From: Lama glama
Taxonomy: Eukaryota
Assembly: GCA_028534125.1 (NCBI GenBank)
Contig: CM052832.1
Coordinates: forward strand, 18,850,001-18,914,000
Length of the DNA stretch: 64,000 nucleotides
Reading direction: 5' to 3'
Shown: piece after piece, positions 1-13,900 of the stretch
Position numbering within the stretch: the stretch's first letter is position 1
Layout: each line of letters starts with the position of its first letter
Notes under the pieces: generated by a model
Told to the model about the DNA's origin: nothing
Seen by the model: only the letters and a program-made list of their open reading frames with translations
Database searches by the model: none
Made by a program: the position numbers and the translations under genes

Positions 1-110
1 AAAAGTGTATATATATATATATGAATGACTGAATCACCATGCTATACACCAGAAACTAACATAACATTGTAAATCAACTATACTTCAATTAAAAAATTTT
101 AAAAAGAAAA
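1..110 (+). mobile_element. L1 3' end fragment (artiodactyl/camelid type), partial
   Basis: (TA)n-atgactgaatcaccatgctatacaccagaaactaacataacattgtaaatcaactatacttcaatt followed by an A-rich tail; the same motif recurs many times in the window. Confidence 0.8.
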
Positions 111-1961
111 CATTTTGCAGAGATTCCCACCTTTTAGGGGGCCATCCCTTCCTTTGAAAATCTAATAAACTATGGGTCCCAGAAAAATGAATTCAGATTA
201 AGTTTCCGTGGATATTCCAGCAGATTAACAGACCCAGGGTTAGGAAAATTAGTCTGAAAGACACAGGCTAAGCTCTCCGAGTGCATCCCCTCTACTGAAA
301 GGACTGCTATCCTTTCTTAATCAGCTGCTATCAGATTGATGCACTCCCTGACTTTTAAGGAAATCTAGCTGTTTGAAATTAGTAGAACTTCCGGTGTCAA
401 ATAGCACATATTTAAGTACGCATGCTACTAGACAAAACCTTATCTAAATTGTTACACTCATTTTTTTTAAAGAATTATAAGAAGTTATTTTATTCCTCTC
501 AAACATTCACAGAAATCAGATCAAAAAGTCAGCCGAGTGAAGCCCAGCAAGGGCTGCAAAGCAGAGGCTTCCTCTGATGAATAAAGCAGAATGATTCACA
601 ATTAGTCTAATTAGTTTACCCAACACGTAAGCTAAGGCTTCGGCAGGGCCAGAGCAGGACACTTTAGAAGGAGTCTATGTTCTTAGCTGTTTCAAAGGCA
701 GCAACTCCTTCCCATTGATTTACCTTCCTGTGTCTACATTAAGTGGCCTAATTCATGAAGGAAGAGCTAATGGAAGTCAACGGGCCCAGGCTCAGATAAA
801 CACAATTTTCAAATTTTGGTATTCACTGAGCAAGGCTTTCCTAAGTATGTGTGTGCCCAGATCCCACTTCAGGTCAAAACAAAAAGCATTCCAACCTTCC
901 CTGGTGGCACCTGTGTCCCTGTTGGGCACCTCACAAACCCGGGTGAGCAACAGCCATCAGGAGACAGAAGTGGGTTTTCTAGACCTTTAAGCCCAGGTTG
1001 ACATCAGGGCACTTCAGGACTCCGCCCACTTAACTGAACTCGCCGGTGCTTCTCAGCGGCAGAAGGAACCCCGCTCCCAGCAAGAACATCCTGGGTGGCA
1101 GCCTCGTCAACTCTGCCTTTTGCTTCATCCCCACGATGTAACTATGGGTCAAGGGGTTGTTTTAGACCATGGGGGCTCCCAAAGGATAAGTATTGCTTAG
1201 GAAGAAGGTTCAGTCTACCCACCCTCTTGTGCTGGAGGGCTTGCGGCTCCAGGCAGAAGAACGGGAACCAGCAACGGTGAGGCGTCTTCTGCCCTCACTT
1301 CTCACTCCTCACAATAGGATTTATGACAAATAGCTCAGGAAGGATTTAAAAAAAAAAAAAGCAAACTCTGCTGGCCCAAAGCTTAGCTTATCAGGCTTCT
1401 CAAACAGGAGAAAAGAACACCAAAATCTGAAGATTTTTCTCACAGCCACCTCAAGGCCTGACAATCAGGCCTTTGCCTTTGCCTTACTCTCTGCCCCTAA
1501 CCGGGGACCCAGATGGGTCGGTTATGTCTCGAGAAGGTCGTTTCAGACCTCCGCATTCCCACCTTTCCAATCTCACAGCAGATGCTCCAGTTTGAGACCA
1601 CCCAGGCAGCTGTCAAACCGGTGCCCCTCCTGCTCCCCTTCCAACCCACTGTGCACACAGCTGCCAGAGCAATCTCCCCAGGCAGACCTCTTTTCTCCTG
1701 TCCCAAACCTCCACAGCTCCTCGGTTCAGACAGAACAAAATTAGACTGCTTGGTCTGCCAGCTACCAAGTCCAGAGTCCTGCTTACAGAAGCTGCTCAAG
1801 CAAAGTAGAGCTAATAAGGTACAAACAAACCTAATGTGCTTCCTGGCTTCCTTCTTTCTTCCCTTCTTCCTTTCTTTTTTGTTACACTAATATTTATTCC
1901 CTCACTACTTTGAAAAGGAATTTGAGATGACTTAAAATGCAGACTCTAAAAAACAAACTTT

Positions 1962-2177
1962 TCAATGTTAACCATTATATATAAAAATAGATTAAAAAAC
2001 AAATTTCTATATAGCAGAGAAGTATATTCAATATCTTGTAATAATCTTTAATGAAAAAATATTAAAATGAACATATGTACATATATGCATGACTGGGACA
2101 TTATGCTGTACACCAGAAATTGACACGTTGTGACTGACTATACTTCAATTTTAAAACATTTTTAATAAGTAAAAAAT
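1962..2177 (+). mobile_element. 5'-truncated L1 3' UTR with TSD
   Basis: L1 3' motif (atgactgggacattatgctgtacaccagaaattgac...tacttcaatt); TSD AAAAACAAACTTT at 1949-1961 and 2178-2190. Confidence 0.85.
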
Positions 2178-3117
2178 AAAAACAAACTTTAGTTTAAAAT
2201 AAGAATCAGAAGACAAGGAGGAAAAGATGGATGAGATTTAGAAGCCCTGTAAGGAAAGAGAAGCTTCTAGTACAGAGTGAGCAAAGTCTAGGGGCTTCCA
2301 GGAAGCAGAATGTGAACATAATGAGTTATGGCTTTCATTTGGTAATAAAAGGAAGGGAGCAGCTAGAAAAACAAAACAAAACAAAACAAAAACAAAACTT
2401 CCTAATTCAACTTTGAGCAAAACTTGTCCCAAGGACAATCCTGAAAATATGCATCAGAGAAGAAGTAAAATGGTCAGTGGCATCAATGAGTTTTTTAGTT
2501 AGTAAATTGTAGACACAGTCCTCAAGCCTTTCCACTCTGCTCAACTTTCTGATTAAAAACTAAGGGGCTTACTGATCAATCTTGCCTCTAGAAAAACCGC
2601 TCTCAGACCGGAGGAACACACCCCTAGGTACACTGCTTTTGAGTAACCCACCATGATTCAAGGATAGAGCCGTGATTAGGATTTATTACCAAGCCCTTTG
2701 GAATATGAACCACGCAGAATCATTAAGACAACTCAGCACTGAGATACAGTCAGTTCCTGGGGCACAGGCTGTCCACCAAGCCAGAGAACTGCAAGGATAG
2801 AGGCAAACAGTCCGAGCTGTGTCAGGGCTCTCCACTGACTACACCCAGTGCTCCGCTGGGCAACCAGTACTCCCTGCAGGATTTTAACCTGTTTTAGAGT
2901 AATCACTAATCAATTTTGGCTACTTTCAGGTCTATCTTCCTGGTCGTTAGAAGCACTTCGCAGCTTAGGTCAAGAAACGTTTCTCAATTTCATGTCACCC
3001 ACAAACCTCATGGGCACCAGCGTCACTAAGAATGACATGGAAGGCTTTCAGCTGTGACCACGTCTTAACATTTAGCCTCACAAAGAGAAAAAAAGGAAAA
3101 AAAGGCAGACCAGACTC

Positions 3118-3278
3118 ACTGTGCTTCTTAAACATTCTGTGCATATAATCACCTGTGGATCTTGTTAGACTGCAGGCTCCAGTTCTGTAGGTCCAGGAGG
3201 GGCTGGGATTCTGCAGTTCTAACAAGGTCCCAGGTGATGCCAAGGACTCTGGTCATGGACCACAGTTTGAGCAGCAAG
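3118..3278. mobile_element. MER5-type hAT-Charlie DNA transposon relic
   Basis: aatcacctgtggatcttgttag...ttctaacaaggtcccaggtgatgcc...ggaccacagtttgag. Confidence 0.75.
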
Positions 3279-3909
3279 GGGCTAAAGTGTCTGTTTCTTT
3301 TTCTTTTCTCCTAATTCTATTGTATCTCATTCTGAGTGAGCACCTGGAAAGGAAAATGAAGCTCAGAATACTGATGAATCGGACCCTAGCAATCCCCAAT
3401 TTATGGGAAGGGGTATCTTCATATGCACATCAAAGATGTGACACTAAGAATGCATTTTGTCATAGAGTAAGAGATTTCCTGAAATGGAATTAACTCATGT
3501 GCCTTGAGGGAAATACACACACACAAAAAAGGAAGCTGGAGAGAAGAGGAAGGAAGTGGTATATACCAGGGAGGCTGTGGGAGAGACAGTGCCCTAGTCT
3601 GGCACCCTCCATTACAGAGTAGGTATTTGGGGAGCCCTTAGGGTAGACAGTGGAGGGGACAGCAGTGGACAACCTGCTGTTTCCACAAGGGGGGTGTTTA
3701 TAACGCAGGAGTGCATGTCATTTTCAGTGAGCCATGAATAACATGAGAAGGATCAAAGCCAAAAACTGGTGTGCAGGAGAAAACCCCGCTGCATCACAGG
3801 ATTCCTCAGATCAGACAGCAGAGACTAGGAAATTTTCCTTCATGCAGGAGAACTGACCACTGTCCTTATAATCTGAGACATACCACCTGGTCCAGTTTCC
3901 TCCCCTCCT

Positions 3910-4065
3910 TCTGCAAACTTGGGAGGCCATCTCAAGTTTCTGGCTTCAGTTTCCTCATCTGTAAAACGGAGATTAAAAAAAGGACCCACCTCACACAGTT
4001 CCTAAGAGGTTGAAATTGATTATTGCATATAGTATGGGCATATAGGAAGCCTTTAATAAATTAGA
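3910..4065 (+). mobile_element. MIR SINE
   Basis: Core ttcagtttcctcatctgtaaaacggagatt...cacctcacacagtt. Confidence 0.75.
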
Positions 4066-7000
4066 GCTTTATTTTTTTTCCTCCATTCAACAAAGCAGTG
4101 GCATACACTACCTCTGAAGTACCACCCCCTCTATATCATTCTATGAGTCAGTGATATTTTCAGCCCCTTCTAAGACAGCAAATCTTAAACATGTAGGCAA
4201 AATCTAACCATCATAAAACTAAAAGTTATTTTGGGCCATTTATATATAGTACATCTGTCTGTATCATAGCCAGTTCTCACAATAAAGCCAGGAAATACAC
4301 GTGATTGTTGGTAAATATCTGAAAGGAAGATGGAGACGTTTCCATTAACAGTTGGGTATATCAGGAAACAACATGGATATACACAGATATTGACAGAGAG
4401 GGGTAGCAAAAATTAGTTTAACTACAATTGTGATTACATATATACACTCAAGAAAAGAAAAATAAGCTGGCTTTAACAGTGGTCAGAAAAAGACTTCCCA
4501 AACAGTTTAGACTTCCTCTAGGATTCTTTATTCCTTTTACCTAGAATATTTTTCCCTACGTTTACGTGTCTGAACCCCTACAATTAGAAAAAAAAAAAGG
4601 AACTGAAAAGAAAGCAGAGAATAACTGAACACATCATTTAAAAATCTCATTGGACTCAAAAGTTTTCCTTATCTTTTCTCCTCCAAGTTTCGCTGGGACT
4701 GACTTTAGCCAAATCATTCCCTGTTTCACACCCTTTGGTTTCTCATGCCCATTCCAAGGAGTGAAAGAAATCGTTGAAAGGCAAGAAGTCAGGGAAGGAA
4801 CTGGCCAACCTCCAGATAAGTGAGCCTGAAAACACATTTATTTGAAAATTCAAGGCACCCACTTTTTTAAAAAAAAATATATACTACTTCTAGTATCTCT
4901 CAAATAACCTTTTTAAAAAAAAAAAAAACCTGCTTTCCCTGGGTAAAGATCTAAAGACCTTAGAAATGCCGGCACTGTAAGTGCACACAAGCAGGTCTTT
5001 GTCCTCCACTCTCTGCTGACTGCTCACTAGCTAGCTGGGAACCCTGGGCAAGGGGCCCTGCCCTCCATCCCCAAGCTGTCCCACTCGCCCTCTCAGCCTT
5101 CCCCTGATTCTCAGCATCGTCCATCCAGCTGGGTCTCAGACCAAGCACCCTCACCCCTACAGCTTTCTGTCCACCATACTGCAGCCTTATAGACCGAAGG
5201 GTACACTGCCACTTAAAATATGAAAGGATTAGGGAAAAGTGACTTGATCAGGGAAAGAAAAGCCCCAGGGAGACAACCCAGTCCAGGCAAGCGAGCCGGG
5301 TCTGTGGGCAAGCCAGGCAGGGGGCCAGCAAGTCCTGTCCCCAGAGGAAGGCCATCCCCAGGGCAGGCTGTGGGTGCTGGCACAGGAAGGGCGGGAGGAG
5401 AGAAGGCCCCCTCTCTCCCTCTGGGCAAATATTCAGGTCACTCATTTGGTAAATCTAAGGGCAGTGTGTTTCCTCTTCTATTAATCATTCCCACACTTCG
5501 GAAGATAACTACGTTTACTAAGCAGAGAAAGAAAAATTATTTTCAAACTAAAAATGTGAGAGGCAAGCCCAGCTCACACACAGTCTTTTGCAGAGCTCCT
5601 GCAGGCTGAATTTGGGAGGAGGGTTTCTCTGAGTCCCTAACTGTGATCCACCAAAGGAAACAAGCGCGATTAAATGAAAACCTTCATAAGAGCCCTTGGC
5701 AACTCCAAAAGGGAAACAAGTTTCTTCTCCTCCCCTGGCTTTTTTTTTTTTTTTTTTAACTGAGTCATGAGAAGGAAATTTCAGGCACTGGCACAGAGGT
5801 GGGACATTACACAGATCTGCCAGCTGTTTCCTTAAATAATGCAAATCTTACAACCTGGCAACATTTCAAACAACTGTCTTCAGGAATTTCTTCGGGAAGA
5901 GAAGACAAAAGTAATTTGAAAAGGGGGGGTGGTAATTTCAAAAGCTATCTCAGTAATAAGACTGAATGACCACATCCCCCCCACAAAAAAAATCAACTTT
6001 CAAAAGCAAGTTTCCACATCAGAATATTTCCTCAGCAAGTATGTATCCTCAATTTAAAAGACTTACCACCCATTTGAGGGGGGAAAAATGTGTTAGGAAT
6101 TAAAATTACAGTTCCACATTTATTATGGGTGTGGGCCTCAATTTACGTTCTTCTATTCATGAAGTTTTGTCTTCTTAAAAGCTTATGTTTTGCAATCACC
6201 CTGGCTATTTTCCCAGGAGGAAAAAGAAAATTGGTGGAATGAGAGGAAGACGCCTAAAATTTGGAAATCATCGTTGGTATCTTAACCATTGATGGTCTCC
6301 TGTCTTGAGGGAGATATACTCCCATACTAAAGCAGTCAAACAAAATTTCAATAGGTTTATTATAAACCGGAAGCCCAGCCTTTGCTGAGGCTGCTATAAG
6401 GAGTACTATAAATCTTCAGTGCTTTGAAATTTCTTTGGGCTCATCCAAAATGAAAGGGGGTAGGAGGAGGTGTGGACAGGATGAGGGCAGAGAAAGGTGT
6501 TTCCCTTCACCTTGACAAATTGTCTTATTTTGAAAGCATGTAACTTAGAATTTATTTAATCACTAATAACAAGGTTTTAAGTTTTATGGGGCACAGGATA
6601 ATCTTGTTGTTCCTGTTATTGTGACTGCCTCCCATAGGACATGGCTAGGCACCCAGTACACACCATGGATATTCAAACTGGTCGTACTGATCAAGGGGAA
6701 AATAATGCACCAGCAGTCTGACAGGTGGTTAACACCTCCTGGAAGAAAATCAGTGACTGGGAAACAAGGATGGGAGGGAGGGTAGTGTCTTCAGAATGCC
6801 CTTGGAGTGACTTTTCAAACTACATCTCCCCTACCCCTCTGAGCTTATGACAAATCCACAGGGGTTTGGCCTCTTTCCCCTTTTCCTCCTCCTAATGTCA
6901 TTTGCGAAGCATTGCACAAGCATGTCATTGTTTCTGATGGATGTGTGTCTTATCTCAAGTGGGGGGGGGGGATGGCTAATGATTGACAGCTAATTACTAA

Positions 7001-7439
7001 CTCTAAAACCTTGGCAACCCCTTGAAGATGGCAGGAGGTACTGTCACCTGAATCCGATGGGTGGGGGTGGGGGCTGAGGCTTAAAAGCTTTTACAGACCT
7101 CCCTCCACCTTCTTTTCTGCTCCATATCCTAAGCCACTGGTGCTGAGCCTGGGGCTTCCAACTCCTGGACCTTTAAGGGGTTCTATGGGGCTAACTGGCT
7201 CACTTCTCACTGGCATCCCGCTTTGAGACCTTGGAGTCTAGCTACCTCTGCTCTACTAACTCAGTGATCCCCTCCTTCCAAAACATCTGGTGATGGCTCT
7301 TACCCGCTACGGTCTCTTCTCCCATTCCCTCATCTTTGTGGGCCTCTATATTTTTCTATTCCTTTGCATTCTCATTTTGGAGGTGTTTTGGAGGGACTAG
7401 AGACATCCATGTGATCGATCCACCATGTTTTACCAGAAG

Positions 7440-7590
7440 TCACTGTGATTGCTTTTTCACTTGTATGTCTCCCCTGCCGGATTCTAAAATTCAATAGAAC
7501 AGGAACCACACAAACCAGACTTATGGTATGCCCCCAAAACCTAGCAAGTCCAGATGCATGGCAGATATTTTAATATTTGTTGAATAAACA
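7440..7590 (+). mobile_element. L2 3' fragment
   Basis: tgtctcccctgcc...cctagcaag...atatttgttgaataaa, typical of an L2 3' end. Confidence 0.55.
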
Positions 7591-7752
7591 GATAATTCCA
7601 AAAGCATAAAGATCACAGAACTTTAAGCTTTCAAAGGATCTTCAGATTTCTAGGTTATCCTCTTTTCCAGCTCTGTGTCTCTCCATCCTCAAGTAGGACC
7701 ATATTGAAATCTCCAGATAAACAATTGATCTCCTTTTCAAAAGCCCCTAAAG

Positions 7753-7995
7753 CAGTGGCTTTTACATTTTTCTGACTATAACCTAGAATATGGAATACAC
7801 TTTACACTATAATTCATTCTATGCTCAGGTGTACCTGACAAAAACAAATTTTACACAATACTTACCCGAACCACAAGGGACGCTGTCTGATATCTACAAC
7901 TCTATTTAGTCCAGCTCTTGAAAACACTCACCATGATTCACTAAACTAATTTCCCAACTGACTAATAGGTTGTGACCTACAGTTTGAAAAACACT
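7753..7995. mobile_element. hAT-Charlie-type DNA transposon relic
   Basis: Ends cagtggctttt ... gacctacagtttgaaaaacact resemble Charlie/MER terminal inverted repeats. Confidence 0.55.
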
Positions 7996-8169
7996 TTTAT
8001 CTATCCTTTCAAAGCCTCAGCTTGGCTCTTGTGTCCTCAGGGGAAGCATTCCCTCCCTCAGGGCTACATGTCCCTACTTTATGCTCCCATAATATCTGAC
8101 CCTTCTACATTATTCTTTGATGTAATGGCCAGGATCTATGGGATGGGAAGGAGATTTAGGGGATCTAAG

Positions 8170-8680
8170 AGAAATGAACACATAAGCCCATGCAAAATCT
8201 TGTACACACATGTTCATAGCAGCATTACCCACAATGGCCAAAAAGTAGAAACAACCTAAATATCCATCATGGATGAATGGATAAAGAAAATGTGGCATAT
8301 CCACACAATGGAATAGCACTCAGTCATGAAAAGGAGCGAAGTGCTGATGTTACAGCAGGAATGAACCTGCAAAACATTATGTTAAATGAAATAAGCCAGA
8401 CATGAAAGTCCCATATAATTCCTTTTACATGAAATATCCAGAATAGGTCGATCCCTAGAGACAGAAAGTAGATTAGTGGTTGCCAGGGGCTGAAGGGGAT
8501 GGGAAGACGGAGGTGAGTGCTAAAAGGAATGGGGTTTCTTTTGTGGGAATAAAAAGATCCTAAGGTTGATTGTGGTGATGGATGCACAACTGTCAATATG
8601 CTAATAACCACTGAGCTTTAGATTTTAAATGGGTGCATTGCATGGTATATGAATTATATTTTTAATAAAGCAGCTTCAAA
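8170..8680 (+). mobile_element. Old L1M (L1MB/L1MC-like) 3' end
   Basis: tgttcatagcagcatt...gaatggataaagaaaatgtggcatatccacacaatggaata...gtggttgccagggg...tgaattatatttttaataaagc. Confidence 0.85.
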
Positions 8681-10508
8681 ATAAGAGATGACAGGGTGGG
8701 CGGGGGCGGGGGAGGGTGCCGGGAAGCAGTCTCAATTACAGGAGGCAGGGGAGAATGTCTCCTGAACCCTTAATCTCCAGCCTCCAGCACAAGGCCAGAT
8801 GCATGTCAGGGGCTCCATGAGTATTTGTGGAATTGATAGCTGGCTCCGTGACGAGGCCCAGATGGGCCTTCTCCCAGGTAGATGCTTCCACCTCGGGTCG
8901 GCCTGAGGTTAACCACTCGAACAAGGAAACGGGTTTTGTTTATATATTAAATGATCCTCCACCTTCACTTACAAGACAATCCAGATTCCAATATCCTTGC
9001 TGATTACCAACTGAAGGGGTTTTGAAAGACAGGAAAACCTTATTTTTTACGGTTCTACTGTTTCAAAAAGAAAAAATTTCCCCACAGGACAACAGTCTGG
9101 CCCCTAGAACCTCACATGAAATCCTGCTAATAAAGGCTTTCTTAGCCACAGTGAGAAAGGAGTTTGAAAATTGCACTGGTCAAAGTCACATCTACTCCAC
9201 AGTAGTAGGACTACAACCTCCAACTGCCGACGTTAAGCTTAATTCCTGTGAAATTATAGTTTGGGCTCAGCTGTGGTCAGCAGCTAACCACCAGGAGACC
9301 AGAAATAAAGGCTCAGGGAAACTAAAGTCACAAAAGCAGTACTTTTGTGCTACTGCTCCTTTTGTCAATAAAAATAAAATGTTTACATCCGTGTTGAAAA
9401 CATAGTGTAATCCACATGCAGCCATTTTTTTTAGCCACAGCATAACTGGATAGCTAGGTCACTGAGGGTCTTATCAGTGTCTGAGTGCCTGCATCCACAG
9501 GCACCTGCCGTAACAACACAAGCTTGCTATAAATAAGTGGATAACTTCCTGACCAAGAGGTGAAAATTCTGATTGTCTATTAAAAATAAAACCAACAACT
9601 ACAAGAACCCATCTTTCACCCATCCCCCATCTCTTTAAAAATGCTTTGAGATTCAGTTAAATGCCTACAGAACGACCAAAGGAAAGGCAGTCTAAAAATC
9701 AGAACTAATATGACCTAGAACTACCCCCAATAATATTCTCTTCCCACACTATTTTGACTCCCAGTGGAAGCTGTTCTCCAAGATCTAAATACTTTTCTGT
9801 TTTACTACCTTCTTCTTTAGCATTTATTTTTAACAGCAGGGATAATCACCATTGTACAACCAAGAGAACCTAAATATCAGATCTTAACTATGGCAAAACA
9901 AAACTCGGAAATAATTCCAATGTGTTACTTATAAGCTAATCTCTTTTTAAAAAATTGTGTTTTAGGGTATGTGGCACATCTAATCAATGTATTAGTAAAC
10001 AATTATTGCTGAAATAAAGTGCAAAAAAAGGTGGCCATGGATGGAAAAATGCAGATCAGGTCAAGGAACTTCCAATGAAGTGGAAAACAGACAGGTATGC
10101 AAACAAATGAAATTCAAGGAAGATGAATAAATTCCATGATATAGGTACATAATCAAAGTGCTAACAAATACACTTGGTTCACTTTTCTAATTTAAAGTTC
10201 CAAGTGGTTGATAAATATTTGAGGACATTTCTCATAAGCACTTTTTAAATGGCCAGGGTACTACAGAAAACAGTGGTAGTTCCTCAAAAAGGTCAACGTA
10301 AAATTACCGTATGACCCTAGAAGTCATTTCACTCCTAGGTATATACCCAAAAGAACTGAAAGCAGGGACTAGTACAAAAACGTTCACAGCATTATTTACA
10401 ACAGCCAAAAGGTAGAAACAACCCAAGCATCCAGCAACAGAAAAATGGATAAATAAAAAGTAGAACATTCATACAATGGAACATTATTCAGCCATTAAAA
10501 AGGAATGA

Positions 10509-10655
10509 GGGGGAGGGTATACCTCAGTGGTAGAGCACATGCTTAGAATGCATGAGGTCCTAGGTTCAGTCCCCAGTACCTACATTAAAATCAATAAATA
10601 AATACCTAACCCCCAACACCAAAAAAAAAAAGACTGATTAAATAAAAATAAAAAT
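10509..10655 (+). mobile_element. tRNA-Ala-derived camelid SINE (Vic-1-like)
   Basis: ggggagggtatacctcagtggtagagcacatgcttagaatgcatgaggtcctaggttcagtccccagtacc followed by an A-rich tail. Confidence 0.88.
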
Positions 10656-10657
10656 AT

Positions 10658-10960
10658 TACAGAAAGAGACTCACAGACATAGTAAACAAAGTATGGTTTC
10701 CAGGGAGGGTGGGAAGGGATAAATTAGGAGTTCAATATGTGCAAATACTACTATATAAAAAATAGGTAAAAATAAATTTCTTCTGCATAGCACAGGGAAC
10801 TATATTCAATATCTTATACCTATATTCAATATCTTCAGTAACCTATAATGAAAAGGAACATGAAAACGAATATAGGTTTGTATATGTATGACTGAAACAT
10901 ACTGTGTACCAGAAATTGACACATTGTAACTGACTATACTTCAATTTAAAAAAAAAAAAA
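10658..10960 (+). mobile_element. Younger L1 3' UTR fragment
   Basis: agactcacagacatag...gcacagggaactatattcaatatctt...tacttcaatt-poly(A); contains an internal duplication of ctatattcaatatctt (~10800-10836). Confidence 0.85.
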
Positions 10961-13900
10961 AGGAATGTTCCAATACATGCTACAATGTGGATGAACTTGA
11001 AAACACTATGCTCCCTAAAATCAGCCAGACACTAAAGGAAAAATATTCTATGATTCTACTCATATGAGGGACCTAAGGAGGCAAATTCATAGAGACTGAA
11101 AGTAGAACGGTGGTTTCCAGGGGCAGAGAGAATAAAGAAATGAGGCATTATTGTTTACTGGGCACAGAGCTTCTGTTTGAGATGAAGAAAACGTTCTGGA
11201 CATGGATAGTGGTGATGGTTGGAATTTGACTATACTGCATGCCACTGAATTGCACACTTAAAATGGTTAAAATGGTAAGTTCTATGTGATGTATATTTAA
11301 CCATAATTTTTTCAGTAAAAAAAATTTTTAATGGCTCAGGTATATAACAGCTCAATGAACATGTCATAAGTGGTGGACACAGGCACGGGCCTCCCTCCCC
11401 AGACAGTCCAGCCACAGGCAGTCCTGGAGGCTAGAAACCTACCCGACTGCTATGTATTCACAGACGAAGACAATGATCTCCAAGTTCCCGTAAGAGAAAC
11501 ACACTGCTTTATTTTTGCGAGCTCCCAGCTAAGGGGCAGGAATTACCCACAATTTAAAAAAAAAAAAAAAGGTTAGAATAAAAAAATATCAACAGCCCCC
11601 ACTGCATGCAACTGACTAAATAAAATATAAGAGTCCAAACTTGAGGACGAGGGCAGTGATGCTGAAAGAGCGGACTTCATGAGAGAAGCCAGAGTGGGAA
11701 CAAACTCTCTCGTCAACGTGCCACTTGTTTTAACTACTCAGCAAAGTGAATGGCAGTCAATCTACAGTAGTAATACTTAGGCGAAAGCTCCCCAACCCAC
11801 CTGAGGGGGAAAATAAAGACTAGTGAGCTATCTTACCTTTGGAAAGGCAAAGAAATGAGGACTGTAAAAGAAGGGGGGGGAACTTATTCGGGCATTATTA
11901 ACTGAATGAACAGGGCCTTCTAAAATACGAAACGCTCTCGCGATATTCCTGGAACGAGGCTCCTCCATCCCCGCGCGGCACGGCAGACCCGAGGACGTTT
12001 CCGCAAGAGCATCAGCGCTAACCCTCGGGCTCCTGATTCCCAAGTTCCACAGCACTTTAACTGCCCCAGCATCTTTCCCCAACCAGACAGGCAGACAATG
12101 CCCATTTGTTTTCTGCCACTGGGACAGCAGGGGGAGAATTCTGCTCAGAGTAAGACTCAGACGTGCCAAAATCTAACCCCGGTAAACATGTTCGAAAAAG
12201 CTTCTCACCTCTCTACTGGAACGCACAGCAGTCAAGCCCCTGGAGGCCAAAGGGCCAGACTTCCCAACTGAAGTTCAGCCTCATTCAAATGATCAAGTGT
12301 AGTCAATCCTAAAACATAAATCCAATCCACACCGGCAGTGTGAGACTCAGGGGCTCCCAGCCACTGCTCTGTCCTGGCCTCTCTCAGGACTTCTAAGTTT
12401 TTTTAATAGTAAAACTGCAATATTTAATATGTTCCAACTAACACAAACAATTGGACACATGAGGAGTTAAAACTGAATCCTGGAATCTTAGATCAAAGAA
12501 AGCCTTTTCCTACTTGAATGTCCTTCAGGGCACCCCGTTATGAGGTCAAGCAATCCAAACTTGAACTTGTCCAGCTCCAACGAACTCCATCCTCCACCCT
12601 CCACCCCCACCCCCACACAAATCAGCAGATTCTATTATTGGACAGCTTTGACTGCAGGGGAGATTTTTCTGAGTTTCAAGACAATCCTCAGTCCCTGGTA
12701 GTTTTTATCCATTTTAGCCCCAGTTCAGGACCATAGACAATAAATCTACACCCTCTTCTCTGTGGTAGCCCCACCCATATGTGAGGACCACTCAAGACTG
12801 GGGAGAAGCCAGACTCATAATATAACCAGTGCACAATCAGTGAGAGTAATAATGTATTTAAGGAAACTTTCCCCGCCCCATTTCTCAATGCTTTTTTTTT
12901 AAAAACAAAGTGTTCTGAAATTACCCTAAACATTTACAATAAGCAGACTGATATCTGCCTCGACTTCTGTTTCTCAATTCAAACCCACCAAAGGAGATCC
13001 CTGAAAAAAAAAGTTTTTTCTTCAACTTTAATTCAGTCACTCCCAAGGCATTGCCTTCTTCCTTCCAAACACAATTCGTTTACACACAGATGGTGCGCAA
13101 TAATTATTTGGTAAGTGAAACATTTCAATAATCGTCCTAAAAGTAGGATGGATGAATGTGTCTTCTGGACATATTTTTTTTTCCAACTGGCTAATTTGTA
13201 AAGTGTCAGAAGCAGATATGGCAACAGTCCAAAGGGATATGCAAATTCTAACATATTTAGTTCCCTCGTGGAAAAGATAAAAACACAATAAATAAGTTGT
13301 CAGCTTTTCTGAGTTTCATGGGATGCTGGTGTCCTATGAAATGTTAATCAATGCTTCATGAAATGTATAATGTATATTAAGTAAGCATGCTAAAGGTTCT
13401 AACAACAGAGAAAGGAGTAACCTGTTTTAGGTTTGAGAAACACAGGGCCAAAGTCCTTGGGAAGCATTTGGCTTCCAGCATATCTATTCATATTTTGGGA
13501 ACAGGATCTCTTCCCCAATTTAGGAAACCCAGGCTCAGGGCTACACAGTTTCTTCAGGTTTATATGCTGAAAAGGATTGCTAGTGGAACCAATAAGAAAG
13601 GAGATGCTTTCCTGGCTTTTCCAACAACTGTAGATGAATATTCAGGTGACAGTTTTACTTGTTTAAAAATAATAAAATGAAATAGCACATCATAATTTTA
13701 TCACACAAAAGCAATGAAGTGTCACTTCTGAAAGCCTCAGAAAAGAAATCTTTTCATTGAATCGGCATAAACAGCTCTCACAATGGAAAGAAAGACTATC
13801 TTTCCGAGCAAAGAAGGGGCGGGTTACCAGCAAAAAGTGGAAAGTACATCCAATTTCTCTCCCATGAATGATGAAGCCAAGCCTTCACAAACAGGAAATA

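Larger units (their letters stand above)
10262..11322 (+). mobile_element. Old L1M 3' end interrupted by a SINE plus a younger L1 3' fragment
   Basis: L1M sequence at 10262-10508 resumes at ~10961 (aggaatgttccaatacatgctacaatgtggatgaac...) and runs to ~11320. Confidence 0.85.
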
